From: Nitrosopumilus sp.
GTDB taxonomy: Archaea; Thermoproteota; Nitrososphaeria; Nitrososphaerales; Nitrosopumilaceae
DNA: 64,000 nucleotides
Assembly: GCA_965205425.1 (NCBI GenBank)
Contig: CBDBGZ010000009.1
Coordinates: 736,001-800,000, forward strand
Direction of reading: 5' to 3'
This document shows positions 9,347 to 20,122 of this stretch, in pieces (the first letter of the stretch is position 1; each line of letters starts with the position of its first letter). The translations under genes were made by a program, and so were the position numbers. Under the pieces are notes generated by a model that did no database searches, was not told the DNA's origin, and saw only the letters and a program-made list of their open reading frames with translations.

Positions 9347-11056
9347 TTACATCATTCCGCCCATGTCAGGCATTCCACCCATACCAGGTGGCATTCCACC
9401 CATACCACCCATACCAGGTGGCATTCCACCTTCTCCACCAGGTGGTCCGCCGGCAGATTTTTGAGTAGCAATAACATCATCGATTCTAAGAATCATACAT
9501 GCAGCTTCTGCAGCAGCTGAAACAATTTGAAGTTTAACTGCAAGTGGTTCAATGATATCACTAGATTTCATGTTACCAATCTTTGCTTTCATTACGTCAA
9601 TTCCAGTCCATTTTTCTCCTTTCTGTTGTTTTGAACGAAGAAGTGTAAGTGTATCAATTGGATCCATTCCAGCGTTATCAGCAAGTGCCATTGGAAGTTC
9701 TTCTAACGCATCAGCAAATTTTTCTGCCGCAAGTTGTTCTCTACCTTCTAAAGATTTAGCCCAACCTCGGATTTTGGTAGCTGCAAATGTTTCAGGAGCA
9801 CCGCCACCTGCAACGATTTCAGGTTTTAAAATTACGTCTTTTACGACCATTAAAGCATCATGAACAGAACGTTCTACTTCATCTACCACTCTTTGTGAGC
9901 CTGCACGAAGAAGAAGTGTTACAGATTTTGGATGTTTACATCCCTCAACAAATACCCATTTATCCTCTTCAATTTTTTTCTCTTCTACAAGATTAGCAGA
10001 ACCAAGATCTTTTTCAAAAAGATCATCGAGATTTGTAACTATTCTAGCTCCTGTTGCTTTTGCAAGTTTTGTAAGATCACTTTCTTTAATTCTTCTAACT
10101 GCAATAATTCCAGCTTTTGCTAGATAATGTTGAGCCATATCATCTAATCCTTTTTGACACAAAACTACATTTGCACCAGAACCAATTACTTTGTCAACCA
10201 TTGTTTTGAGCATTCTATTTTCTTCGTCAAGAAATGATTTTAGTTGTTGAGGGTTTGATATGTTAATTTTAGCATCAGTTTCAGTTTTACTAATTTCTAA
10301 TGCAGTATTGATTAATGCAATTTTAGCATCAGTAATTTTTCTAGGCATGCCTCCATGAACAATTTCTTTATCAAGAACAATACCTTGGATAATCATAGAA
10401 TCTTTGATAGAACCACCTGCTTTCTTTTCTACTTTGATATCATCAATATCAACATCAAAATTTTCGCCATCTTTTTCAGCTACAGCAAGAACGGATTTTA
10501 CAATAATATCTGCAAGTTGATCAGAATCTTTTCTAACAAGTTTTGTTTGCATTGATGTTTTAGCGATTTTATTTAGAATGTTTTTATCATTTGCTGAAAT
10601 AGTATCTGCAATTTCTTCAAGGTATTCTTTGGCTTTTCTTGCAGCTTTTCTATATCCATCAACAATGATTGTTGGATGTACTTCTTGATCAATTAGTGAT
10701 TCAGCTTGTGAAAGCAGAGCTCCTGCCAAGATAACAGCAGATGTTGTACCATCTCCAACTTCATTATCTGTAGTTTTTGAGATTTCAACTAACATTTTTG
10801 CTGCTGGATGTTGAACATCAATTTCTTTGAGGATGGTTGCACCATCATTGGTAATTGTAACGTCGCCTAATGAGTCGACTAACATTTTATCCATGCCTCG
10901 TGGACCAAGGCTGGTATGAACAATTTCAGCAACAATTTTAGCTGCTGCAATGTTATTCTTTTGGGCTTCTTTTCCTTTAGTTTCAGAACCGCCCTCTTTT
11001 AGCAAAACAACAGGCATATTTCCTTTTGAAGTTGCTTGCATTCCCATAGAAGCCAA
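9347..11056 (-). CDS. Thermosome (group II chaperonin) subunit
   Basis: [27 protein letters not shown]-repeat tail. Confidence 0.97.
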   Translation of the reverse strand: MASMGMQATSKGNMPVVLLKEGGSETKGKEAQKNNIAAAKIVAEIVHTSLGPRGMDKMLVDSLGDVTITNDGATILKEIDVQHPAAKMLVEISKTTDNEVGDGTTSAVILAGALLSQAESLIDQEVHPTIIVDGYRKAARKAKEYLEEIADTISANDKNILNKIAKTSMQTKLVRKDSDQLADIIVKSVLAVAEKDGENFDVDIDDIKVEKKAGGSIKDSMIIQGIVLDKEIVHGGMPRKITDAKIALINTALEISKTETDAKINISNPQQLKSFLDEENRMLKTMVDKVIGSGANVVLCQKGLDDMAQHYLAKAGIIAVRRIKESDLTKLAKATGARIVTNLDDLFEKDLGSANLVEEKKIEEDKWVFVEGCKHPKSVTLLLRAGSQRVVDEVERSVHDALMVVKDVILKPEIVAGGGAPETFAATKIRGWAKSLEGREQLAAEKFADALEELPMALADNAGMDPIDTLTLLRSKQQKGEKWTGIDVMKAKIGNMKSSDIIEPLAVKLQIVSAAAEAACMILRIDDVIATQKSAGGPPGGEGGMPPGMGGMGGMPPGMGGMPDMGGMM

Positions 11057-11150
11057 AACTCCGGATTCCCCTTTTATACCTTCCAGATCAAGATCGGGAA
11101 TTTTGAAATCATATCGGTGTTTTTAAATTGGGAAAATTAAGATCCAAAAT

Positions 11151-12473
11151 ATGGCTAAATCACAAAATCGACAGTCTTATGATAAAATATTTACAAAATT
11201 AAAGGATCATCACAAATGGTTTGAAAATTCAATTCCGTTGATTGCAAGTGAAAACATACCAAGCCCTGCAGTTAGAGAAGCAATAATTTCTGATTTTGGA
11301 AATAGATATGCTGAAGGATGGCCCGGTGAAAGAGTTTACGCAGGTTGTGTCTACATTGATGATGTAGAGTTTGAATGTATGAAATTAGCTAAAAAATTGT
11401 TCAAAGCAAAATTTGCCGATGTAAGACCAATTTCAGGTGTTGTTGCAAACTTGGCAGTGTATTCTGCATTTACAAATCCTGGAGACATTATGTTAGCACC
11501 TTCAATTCCAGCTGGTGGACATATTTCCCATGGAAAGAAAGAACATTCTGGAACTGCGGGACTAGTTCATGGATTAGAGATAGAGTTCTATCCTTTTGAT
11601 GCTGAAGAAATGACAATTGATGTTGATAAGACAAAACAAAAAGTTAAAGATCTCAAAAAAGCAAATCGTCTGCCAAAAATGGCAATGTTTGGTGGCTCAT
11701 TGTTTTTGTTTCCTCATCCTGTCAAAGAATTATCAGATTTTCTAAAGAGTTATGGTATGCATATCAATTATGATGCAGCTCATGTTGCAGGATTAATTGG
11801 TGGTGGAAAATTCCAGGATCCTCTAAAAGAAGGTGCAGACACTATGACTATGAGTACTCATAAGACTTTGTTTGGACCTCAAGGTGGACTTGTTTTAGGT
11901 TCAAAAGAACATGAAGAGGTAATCAAAAAAGCAACTTTCCCTGGTCTAACTAGTAGTCATCACATTCATCATATGGCAGGAAAAGCAGTTGCTTTTGCTG
12001 AAGCATTAGAATTTGGTAAAGATTATGCAGTCGAGGTAATCAAAAATGCCAAAATGTTTGCAGAAGCCTTGAGCGATATGGGATTCAAAGTGTTAGGTGA
12101 AAGTAGAGGATTTACACAATCACATCAAATTGTTGTTAATGTATTAGATTATTCTGATGGTGGAAAAGTAGAAGCTGATTTAGAAAAAGCAAATATCATA
12201 GTAAACCGACAACTCATTCCAGGAGATATTAAAGCTGGAAGAAATTATTTCCATCCAGGTGGAATTAGGTTAGGAGTTTCTGAGATTACACGACTTGGAA
12301 TGAAAAAGAATGAGATGCAAGAAATTGCTTCGTACATTAAACAAGTTGTAATTGATAAAAAAGATCCAAAGAAAATACTTTCAAAAATTAAATCATTTAG
12401 AAAAGACTATCAGAAAGTCAAGTTCTGTTTTGATAATAAATTGGGTGCTTACGAGTACGTCAAATTAAGATAG
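11151..12473 (+). CDS. glyA: Serine hydroxymethyltransferase
   Basis: LIASEN, YAEG, STHKT PLP lysine. Confidence 0.97.
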   Translation: MAKSQNRQSYDKIFTKLKDHHKWFENSIPLIASENIPSPAVREAIISDFGNRYAEGWPGERVYAGCVYIDDVEFECMKLAKKLFKAKFADVRPISGVVANLAVYSAFTNPGDIMLAPSIPAGGHISHGKKEHSGTAGLVHGLEIEFYPFDAEEMTIDVDKTKQKVKDLKKANRLPKMAMFGGSLFLFPHPVKELSDFLKSYGMHINYDAAHVAGLIGGGKFQDPLKEGADTMTMSTHKTLFGPQGGLVLGSKEHEEVIKKATFPGLTSSHHIHHMAGKAVAFAEALEFGKDYAVEVIKNAKMFAEALSDMGFKVLGESRGFTQSHQIVVNVLDYSDGGKVEADLEKANIIVNRQLIPGDIKAGRNYFHPGGIRLGVSEITRLGMKKNEMQEIASYIKQVVIDKKDPKKILSKIKSFRKDYQKVKFCFDNKLGAYEYVKLR

Positions 12474-12475
12474 AT

Positions 12476-15400
12476 TTACGCATAATCAGTAAGTAGGGAT
12501 TGATCTCCTTGACTCTTTCCAAAAACTAATTCTATTTCATCAGATAAAGCATGAATTCTTCCCTTTTGATATTCCCCAACATCATATTTCTCAACTAGTC
12601 TCTTTGCAAGTTTTAGATATTTTTCTACAGAACCTCTTGTAATTGTGGCAATTAGTTTATGCCCACAAACACAGGTTTGGATTAAGGGCATTCGACGAAA
12701 TGATTTTCCACAGGCAGTACATCTAAAACTTTGTCTAGCATATGCCCTAAGATTTCCCATTAAATCTGGAACTAGATGTGTTGAGATTACGTTTGAAACA
12801 AGTTCTGCCGGATCTACAACATTGATCAACTCTGCATTTTTGACTTGCATATCAAATTTATCCAGCATAGAACCAAGTGTAGAATATGCACTCCTAGATT
12901 TGGACGTAGTAAGAGATGAAGTGAGATGTGTAAAGTGATAATCATAGAATTGTCTTTCAGTATCAAGTCGGGCTTTGATTATCTCAATTGATGTTACATC
13001 TGACGCTTTTACTTGTTTAAATGTCGATTCAAAGAATTCCAAAGGAAGTATTTTTGTAACTTCAAGATTATGCGCTTGAGGTTGAGATTCATGTGGTAAA
13101 ACATGTGGTTGAACAAGTAATGGTGCATCCATTAAACCACCTATTGCATCAGATAGATATTGTTTTGAAAAATTTAGTAGGCTATCCATCAAAAGCATTA
13201 TAGAATCAGCATCTCCATCAGCATCTCTTCTTTTTGCAGAATGCCAATTCGGAGTTCCAAAACAAACATGTGTTTCAGAATACCCTATAATTCTGCCAAC
13301 TATTCCTACGGAGGTATGAGGAGCTAAACCAATTATTAAATGTCCAATTAATTCCTCTGAATTTTTTACATTATAAAATGAGGATTTTCCATAAAATTTC
13401 TGTAAAAGAACATCGATGTATTTGCATGTGGAAATTAAATATTTTCCACTTTCATAAGGAATAACAACGTCCTGCATTCGAAGTTCAATTATTTGATCTA
13501 TTGATTCAAGAGGTTTTCCGTCAATATCTTGAAAATACCCAAGTTCTTTTAGTTTCTCAATAGATGTTCCAATCCACGATGGTTTGAATTGTGTTAACGG
13601 AGAATTTGTAGCATCAGATCTTACTGTTCCATCTTTGAAAGTAGTTAATCCAAAGTTTTGTCTCACAAGTCCTTTTTCTAGAGGTTCTGCAATTTTGTCT
13701 TGACTGATTAATTCTTTTACTCCCTTGAAGGGTTCTTTGGCACGAATTCCCATCTTTTCTTGAGCTAAAAGTAATCTTGTTTTTAGTGGAAATGTTTGGT
13801 GAGTATGAGCAGGGGCTTTACGCTTGCATTTTTCACAAAATGGTTCTTGAAGGGTATCTCTGCAACTAGAACATCTGTATGAAATTGATGTTTTAGTACC
13901 ACAAATTGAACATTTTATGCTAATTGATGGTTGATTACATTGAGCACAATGACGATTGAAGATATTGGCAAAAAAATGTTCAGTTCTTGATGCTTTTAGT
14001 AGATCTCTTGTAGGTCCTCCTTTATCACTAATTGGAAATAATACATGTGTTGGAGGTTTCATTTGTCTTGGAGCTGCTTTTTCAGGTCTTCCTATTCTAA
14101 CTCCAATACTTGTTGAAAATTTATTTTTGATTTGAATTCCAGAAGAATTGGTTAGGATTTTTGGGACAGATAAATCACTGATAATTGGTTTTTCTCTAAA
14201 GAGTAAGTTAAAGAAAATTTTTGCTTCTTGTGATTCTAGAATTAAAGTTTCATTTTCAATTTTATGTGGAGTTCCCAAATTTTCAAGAATTTCTTTTATT
14301 TGAATTGAATATTCAATAGATGTGTCATTAACTTTTTTTGGTTCTAAAAGTTTGGTGAGTTCTTCAGATGATATTCTATCCCAGAAATACAAGTATTGAG
14401 GATGTAGTGGAATTTTAAAATCAAGTGAAATTTTTAATGCTTCATCGATTGTGGGAATTCTATTCAAAAATTGATTTAGATGTTGATCATTAGGCTCATA
14501 TTTTTGAATTTTTTGTTTTAATTCCTCTATCCAAAATTCTTCAACATAAGCTGATGGAACCAATTGTGCATTATTCTCAAGGAAATCTCCAAATGAAATT
14601 AGTATGTCACCTAAATGTAGAATTTTTTCAATTTCATTTTTAATTTCTACTCCATGTTTAACATCTCTAATTTTTACAACATTACCATTATTGAGACGAA
14701 CTGTTGGAGTGTCAATTGAATCTACAAAGGCTATAGTTGCTCCTTTTCCTGGAATGTCAATTTTGATTTGTGTTCCAACGGCGATTGTATGATCAAGAAT
14801 TTCTGCAATGACTGGATGAATACCTACTGCTGCAAAGCCAGTGTTACAAGCTCTTCCATATCTTAATCGAAATCCACCTAATTTGTTAGGCATAGATAAT
14901 ACTGATCTTCCAGTAATTACTTCACGCATTCTTTTCGCAGCAGCATCTTCTTGATTATCACCAGTTTGAACGGCTCCTTTCAAATCATTAAGCCATTCCC
15001 AACCATCTAGATTATACAATTCAATTCTTTTGAGGAGTTTTTTTGATCTTCCAATCAATCCATCATTAAGTACACGTAAAGCCCCACCTCTTACTCTATC
15101 AGTTTTAATTCTAGTCATGGATTTGTGATTAACAACTTCATATGGATCTGTATCCACACCAGCTAATTCGACTGGAAGATTAGAAATGACATGTTCAATA
15201 TCCTCATCCAATATATGAAATTGAAAACTACTGGCTTCTCTTTCATAGATTCGTAATTCTTCAACAAATCTGCCTGTTTCATCATCAAATGAGTTTGCTT
15301 GAAATTTTGATAAACCAGCTATTTTCCGTACATGATCTGCAATTAACAGAGTTACTGCAGATTCAGTTCCGCCTGCTGAACGCATTGGTCCAGCAATTGA

Positions 15401-15853
15401 AACAGAAAGATATTCTGTACCATCTTTGTTTTTCTTTATTTTTACTTCACTAATTCCTTGAAGTGGAGCAATAGTTACTCCTTCAGTAATAATTGCCAAT
15501 CCTACACGGACAGCAAGATCTAATTTGTCTTCTAAAGTGGCATCTGGAAGACAATATTTGCCTGATGCAATCTCTTTAGCTAAAATTAATGCTGAAAGCT
15601 CCTTTCCATTAATTTTTAAAATTTCTCTTAAAGGATCAGCAATATCGATTTCGTGCATTTTTGCAACTCTATCTGCCAAATCAAATGCAATTTTTGGTTC
15701 AATAATTCCTGATGAATCTGCTAAGCTAGATTTTGCTGCTGCTGCATGCTCAAATATTCTATATGTCTCAGTAGATAGGCTAGAATAGTAATCAAGATAA
15801 TAACTTGGCATTGCAATATCACTAATTCGAGATATTGCATCGTTTTCAGACAT
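12476..15853 (-). CDS. polC: DNA polymerase D large subunit DP2
   Basis: RSAGGT, GGFRLRYGR, AKRRDADGDAD, GGLMDAP; Zn fingers. Confidence 0.97.
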   Translation of the reverse strand: MSENDAISRISDIAMPSYYLDYYSSLSTETYRIFEHAAAAKSSLADSSGIIEPKIAFDLADRVAKMHEIDIADPLREILKINGKELSALILAKEIASGKYCLPDATLEDKLDLAVRVGLAIITEGVTIAPLQGISEVKIKKNKDGTEYLSVSIAGPMRSAGGTESAVTLLIADHVRKIAGLSKFQANSFDDETGRFVEELRIYEREASSFQFHILDEDIEHVISNLPVELAGVDTDPYEVVNHKSMTRIKTDRVRGGALRVLNDGLIGRSKKLLKRIELYNLDGWEWLNDLKGAVQTGDNQEDAAAKRMREVITGRSVLSMPNKLGGFRLRYGRACNTGFAAVGIHPVIAEILDHTIAVGTQIKIDIPGKGATIAFVDSIDTPTVRLNNGNVVKIRDVKHGVEIKNEIEKILHLGDILISFGDFLENNAQLVPSAYVEEFWIEELKQKIQKYEPNDQHLNQFLNRIPTIDEALKISLDFKIPLHPQYLYFWDRISSEELTKLLEPKKVNDTSIEYSIQIKEILENLGTPHKIENETLILESQEAKIFFNLLFREKPIISDLSVPKILTNSSGIQIKNKFSTSIGVRIGRPEKAAPRQMKPPTHVLFPISDKGGPTRDLLKASRTEHFFANIFNRHCAQCNQPSISIKCSICGTKTSISYRCSSCRDTLQEPFCEKCKRKAPAHTHQTFPLKTRLLLAQEKMGIRAKEPFKGVKELISQDKIAEPLEKGLVRQNFGLTTFKDGTVRSDATNSPLTQFKPSWIGTSIEKLKELGYFQDIDGKPLESIDQIIELRMQDVVIPYESGKYLISTCKYIDVLLQKFYGKSSFYNVKNSEELIGHLIIGLAPHTSVGIVGRIIGYSETHVCFGTPNWHSAKRRDADGDADSIMLLMDSLLNFSKQYLSDAIGGLMDAPLLVQPHVLPHESQPQAHNLEVTKILPLEFFESTFKQVKASDVTSIEIIKARLDTERQFYDYHFTHLTSSLTTSKSRSAYSTLGSMLDKFDMQVKNAELINVVDPAELVSNVISTHLVPDLMGNLRAYARQSFRCTACGKSFRRMPLIQTCVCGHKLIATITRGSVEKYLKLAKRLVEKYDVGEYQKGRIHALSDEIELVFGKSQGDQSLLTDYA

Positions 15854-15866
15854 AATATGTCCTCTA

Positions 15867-16619
15867 TTACTTGCTTCTTTGAATTGCTTTTGCTATTTTT
15901 TCGAGTTTTGTGAGACTTCCACCCTTTTCAAGGAAGGTTCCAATTACTAGAGCATCTGCTCCCGCTTTAACTAGACTTGCAGCAGTTTTTTCATCTTTGA
16001 TTCCACCACCAACAATCAAAAATCCATTAAATGCACGTCTTACGGTTTTTACCATTTCAGGCGTAATATTGGTTTTAGCACCAGATCCTGCTTCAAGATA
16101 GACAAATCTCATACCAAGAAATTGAGCTGCCAATGAATATGCTGCTGCGATTTTTGGTTTTTCAAATGGAATTCCTCTTGCTGAACCAACAAACCATGCA
16201 GATGTTCCATCTCCAATTACCAGATATGCTGTTGGAAGTGGTTCTAATCCAAATTTAAGGACACTAGGTGCCCCCAAAGCTTGTGCTTGGGTAATAAAAT
16301 ATGGATTTTCAGAATTCATTAGTGAACTAAACAATATAGCGTCAGCGTCAGGCACAACACCTGTGACATTGCCTGGGAATAGAATTATTGGAATTTTTAG
16401 ACCTTTTTTGATACCTTTAACTACTTGGGCCATCTCAATTTGATCAGTAGCGGATGAACCTCCAACTAAGATAGCTGATGCTCCAATCTTCTCAACATCT
16501 TTAGCAAGCTTGTTTGATGCTTCTAGATTTGATACTTCTGAGTCGATTAATACGAATAGTAATGCATTTTTCTTTTTTAATTCTGATTTTAGGAATGATT
16601 CTACTTTATCTCCAGCCAT
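15867..16619 (-). CDS. Geranylgeranylglyceryl phosphate synthase
   Basis: LVGGS, YLEAGSGA and VGGGI motifs of the PcrB/GGGPS family. Confidence 0.93.
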   Translation of the reverse strand: MAGDKVESFLKSELKKKNALLFVLIDSEVSNLEASNKLAKDVEKIGASAILVGGSSATDQIEMAQVVKGIKKGLKIPIILFPGNVTGVVPDADAILFSSLMNSENPYFITQAQALGAPSVLKFGLEPLPTAYLVIGDGTSAWFVGSARGIPFEKPKIAAAYSLAAQFLGMRFVYLEAGSGAKTNITPEMVKTVRRAFNGFLIVGGGIKDEKTAASLVKAGADALVIGTFLEKGGSLTKLEKIAKAIQRSK

Positions 16620-16653
16620 AAAGTGGGTTTGTGTATGTCTCTTTAAAGTTTAA

Positions 16654-17046
16654 TTGGAATGCTGTATACAGATTTGTATAGTTATGGATGAGTTAGAAGA
16701 ATCCAATTTTAACAACATTATACGAAAAATTATCAAAAAATCACTGTTTACAGAGCGACAAGTTGAAATTATTTTAAATCAAAAGGATCTTCTAGAATCT
16801 AATTTTTCTATAACTAAAGGTGCGTATTACAGGCAAGTTGGGCAATCTAGAGACAAATTAATTGGATTATTCTATTCAATCATACTTTTTCGTGGTCTAG
16901 GCATACTTTTGCCTGATGATATAGATGTGATATCAAAGCTTTCTGAACAGATTAGTGTGATTAATGAGAGTGATATTTTTCCTGAAAGGGAAGATGAAGT
17001 GATTAGTGTGGTAGATAGGCTCATCCGTCAGGCATGCAATATGTAA
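16654..17046 (+). CDS. Conserved hypothetical protein, possibly HTH (likely start 16684)
   Basis: SLFTERQVEI...ITKGAYYRQV resembles an HTH. Confidence 0.65.
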   Translation: MECCIQICIVMDELEESNFNNIIRKIIKKSLFTERQVEIILNQKDLLESNFSITKGAYYRQVGQSRDKLIGLFYSIILFRGLGILLPDDIDVISKLSEQISVINESDIFPEREDEVISVVDRLIRQACNM

Positions 17047-17115
17047 TAGATGTGATATGGTAGTTCGGTAACAAGGTAGAATGTGATAATTTGTGTGAGT
17101 TTGTTAATCTAAAGT

Positions 17116-17748
17116 GTGAATTATTGTTGTTCAATCACGATAAATCACGTCATAGGCATAGATGTTGTGATGTTAGTAGAAATTCCTGACCCTGAAGTGA
17201 TTTTAGGTGTGATTTTAGCATTTATTGTAGGAATTGTAGGTTTGTATGCATACTTCAAGATACGTCCATTTGTAAAAACTAGGAATGAGGTATTTGATGC
17301 ATCACAAGCAGAACGATTAGAATATTATGAAAGACAACTAATCGATATGAAAATACGCCTAGATGCCTTAGAAATTCAAGGAATTGAGCAAAAAGTAGAG
17401 GATCCCAATCTTGATCTAAAACAATTCTTAAAAAAGTTAGCAAAGAATGAAGAAAGACCTGTGGAGGTTGTTAACAAACCTGAAATTGTACCTGAAAAGG
17501 TGATTTCTACACCTAATATGCCTTCTATTATATCTACAAACCCTGTTGATTATGTGTTGCATCTAATCACAAACAAAGCTATGACATCACGTGACATACA
17601 AATCACATTAAAAAAGAGTAGAGAGCATACTTCACGCCTAATGAAAAAGATGTTTGAAGATGGATTTGTACAAAGAAATACCGAATCAAAACCATATACT
17701 TATTCAATTACTGAAAAAGGAATGGCAAAAGTAGAAGTAATCCAATAA
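17116..17748 (+). CDS. Membrane-anchored coiled-coil protein with C-terminal winged HTH
   Basis: TM VILGVILAFIVGIVGLYAYF; coiled coil; MTSRDIQITLKKSREHTSRLMKKMFEDGFV...YSITEKG. Confidence 0.8.
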   Translation: MNYCCSITINHVIGIDVVMLVEIPDPEVILGVILAFIVGIVGLYAYFKIRPFVKTRNEVFDASQAERLEYYERQLIDMKIRLDALEIQGIEQKVEDPNLDLKQFLKKLAKNEERPVEVVNKPEIVPEKVISTPNMPSIISTNPVDYVLHLITNKAMTSRDIQITLKKSREHTSRLMKKMFEDGFVQRNTESKPYTYSITEKGMAKVEVIQ

Positions 17749-17877
17749 TAAAATAGAATTTTTAGAGATAAATTTCAAATCTTTCCCTTAATTTTAGGGA
17801 AATTAGTCATATTTAGTAATGATAATAGAATTAAATAATTTATTAAATTATATATATTATTAAATTATAATAACAAT

Positions 17878-18039
17878 ATGTCAGTAAATGAGAATGAAGT
17901 ATTAGTGAAAATCACTTCTGCCGGAACAATTTCTATTCCAAAACAGTTTAGAAAGTATATGGACATCCAAAAAGGAGAATATGTTAAAGTAATTCTCGGA
18001 AAAGATCAATTATTGGTTAGAAAAGTTACTATTTCTTAA
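17878..18039 (+). CDS. AbrB/SpoVT-type DNA-binding protein (53 aa, absent from ORF track)
   Basis: MSVNENEVLVKITSAGTISIPKQFRKYMDIQKGEYVKVILGKDQLLVRKVTIS. Confidence 0.85.
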   Translation: MSVNENEVLVKITSAGTISIPKQFRKYMDIQKGEYVKVILGKDQLLVRKVTIS

Positions 18040-18043
18040 TTGG

Positions 18044-18430
18044 TTATTGTTGTTTTTGAGGTATTTTGATAACTTGATATGTCCATTCTCTACCAGTTCT
18101 GGTTCTATTTACCCTACCTTTTGTAGAAAATCTTGATAGATATGTGGAGATTACACTAAGTTTAACAGGCTCATTATATTCATCTTCATATTTTTCTAGA
18201 ATGTTAGTTGATGTGAATTTTCCCATTGGAAAGAATTTATCCACAATATTCCAAATTTTAGAACCTACAGAATCCATGTTTGTAACTTCTTGTTCTTCTT
18301 CAATATTCATCAAGTCCATCATTTCAAAAATTTTGAGGATTTTGTCTCTTGTTACATTACCTTCTAATTTGATGTTATAACGAGCACCATCCGAGTCTTC
18401 CATGTCTATTCTAATCCGTTTTTTGGCCAT
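18044..18430 (-). CDS. Hypothetical protein with C-terminal winged helix
   Basis: FTSTNILEKY...LSVISTYLSRFSTKGRVNRTRTGREWTY. Confidence 0.75.
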   Translation of the reverse strand: MAKKRIRIDMEDSDGARYNIKLEGNVTRDKILKIFEMMDLMNIEEEQEVTNMDSVGSKIWNIVDKFFPMGKFTSTNILEKYEDEYNEPVKLSVISTYLSRFSTKGRVNRTRTGREWTYQVIKIPQKQQ

Positions 18431-18913
18431 CTTTGAGATCTAACGGATCAAATGTTAACAGTTCAAATGATCCGCGAATATTTGTTAACTAAATGATTTG
18501 TTAATATTGACTGCCTAGCCCATGCCTAACCTATTTTTTGTTATTAACAATTAATTCATAATTAGCCCCCAAAATTAGGACTTTGTCATGACTGGAGTGG
18601 AAATAAAGGGGTTAGATTTAAGATATTCACAATGTTAACACTCATCTTAACGCCTGGAATGGAAATTAGGGGGTCAAAATGGGCTTTTCTAGGCTTTTCT
18701 TAACACCAATTTAACAAAAATGTTAACCCATAACAAACTACGACTAAACCCACACACCAATATTTCCACTCTATCTTTTTCTTTATTTTTTTAATAGAAA
18801 ATCTAAAACTAACTAAAAATAATTAATTACAAACTAAACTACTATTACTATTCTATTCTATACTCTCTTAATTTAGATATGATTGTGTTATTGTTGAGAG
18901 GAAACAAAGGTGT
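18431..18913. other. Probable chromosomal replication origin (oriC)
   Basis: ORB-like boxes CTGGAGTGGAAATAAAGGGG (18592), CTGGAATGGAAATTAGGGGG (18654), inverted TAGAGTGGAAATA (about 18761-18773) and TTGAGAGGAAACAAAGG (18894); AT-rich tract about 18775-18880; directly upstream of cdc6. Confidence 0.85.
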
Positions 18914-20122
18914 GTGAGTATGTCTGATCCAATTGATAGATTACTTGATGCAGCTGAATCAGGAAAATCGATAATAAAAAATCGAGATACTCTTCATTTT
19001 ACATATATTCCTGAAATTATATTTCATAGAAATTCTGAACAAGAACAAGTCACACAATCTCTATTACCAATCTTAAAACAATCCAGGCCATCAAATCTTC
19101 TAGTTTATGGAAAACCTGGTACTGGTAAAACTCTAGTTGTAAAAAAAGTAATTTTTAAAATTCAAGAAAGGGTAGAAAAATCAAATTTTCCAATTAAACT
19201 AATTTATTCAAATTCAAAAGAAGAGACAACACTTTATGGATTATTAGTCAGTTTAGGCAGGCAATTAGGCCTAAATGATAAGGAATTACCCACAACTGGG
19301 CTTGCAATTAGTGAAGTGTTTAAGAGACTACTTAACAAAATTGAGGAAGGAAAACTTAACGCAATTTTTGTAATTGATGAAATTGATTATCTGGCTCAAC
19401 TAGTAGTAAAAACAGGGAAGGATGTTTTATACCAACTAACTAGGGCAAATGAGCGTCTCAACCAAGGCTCATTAACTTTGGTTGGAATTTCAAATGATCT
19501 TACATTCAAAGAAAAACTAGATCCTAGAGTAATCAGTAGTCTGGGAGAAGAAGAGGTTGTCTTTACCAATTATGATGTTGAACAAATCAAAAAAATACTT
19601 GAAGAAAGAATCAATGAATCATTTATTGAAAATTCAGTAGAGGAACCGGCCCTAAATCTTATCGCTGCACTTGCTGGAGGAGAACACGGTGATGCTCGTC
19701 GGGCCATCGATTTACTTCGTGTAGCAGGAGAACTTGCTGAGCGACAACAATCCGATAAAGTCACGGCTGAAAATGTTCGAGAAGCCTCTCAAAAAATGGA
19801 AGAAAATAAAGAAGAAAAATCTCTCAAATCATTCCCACTACACGAAAAATTGGTACTTATTGCAATCATGAAGGCAAATGGTTCTTCTACTGGTGAAATC
19901 TACTCATCTTACAAAAATCTCTGTAAGGCAGTTGGGAAAGATGAGCTTACCCCAAGAAGAATCACACAAATGCTTAGTGAAATTGAATTATCTGGATTAA
20001 TCTCTGGAAGACTAATCCATCAAGGAATTCATGGTAGAACAAAAAAATTCAAACTTACAATATCATCTGAAATGATAAAAAAGACATTCCAAAATGATCT
20101 AACTTTGCAAGACATTGTCTAA
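18914..20122 (+). CDS. cdc6: Orc1/Cdc6 replication initiator
   Basis: GKPGTGKT Walker A, IDEID Walker B, GDARRAIDLL, C-terminal winged helix. Confidence 0.96.
   Translation: MSMSDPIDRLLDAAESGKSIIKNRDTLHFTYIPEIIFHRNSEQEQVTQSLLPILKQSRPSNLLVYGKPGTGKTLVVKKVIFKIQERVEKSNFPIKLIYSNSKEETTLYGLLVSLGRQLGLNDKELPTTGLAISEVFKRLLNKIEEGKLNAIFVIDEIDYLAQLVVKTGKDVLYQLTRANERLNQGSLTLVGISNDLTFKEKLDPRVISSLGEEEVVFTNYDVEQIKKILEERINESFIENSVEEPALNLIAALAGGEHGDARRAIDLLRVAGELAERQQSDKVTAENVREASQKMEENKEEKSLKSFPLHEKLVLIAIMKANGSSTGEIYSSYKNLCKAVGKDELTPRRITQMLSEIELSGLISGRLIHQGIHGRTKKFKLTISSEMIKKTFQNDLTLQDIV

Noticed and set aside
9350..9440. Tandem repeats resembling a CRISPR array or VNTR
   Set aside because: They encode the ordinary GGMPPGM tail of the thermosome; no spacers
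13605..13635. DP2 motif DGTVRSD where an aromatic residue is usually found
   Set aside because: Single substitution that cannot be told apart from a sequencing error; catalytic DxD region intact
17810..17877. Very AT-rich tract as a second origin unwinding element
   Set aside because: No adjacent ORB; equally explained as the promoter of the AbrB-like gene
12476..20122. Inteins in DP2 or Cdc6
   Set aside because: Protein lengths look normal and no intein splice motifs were seen
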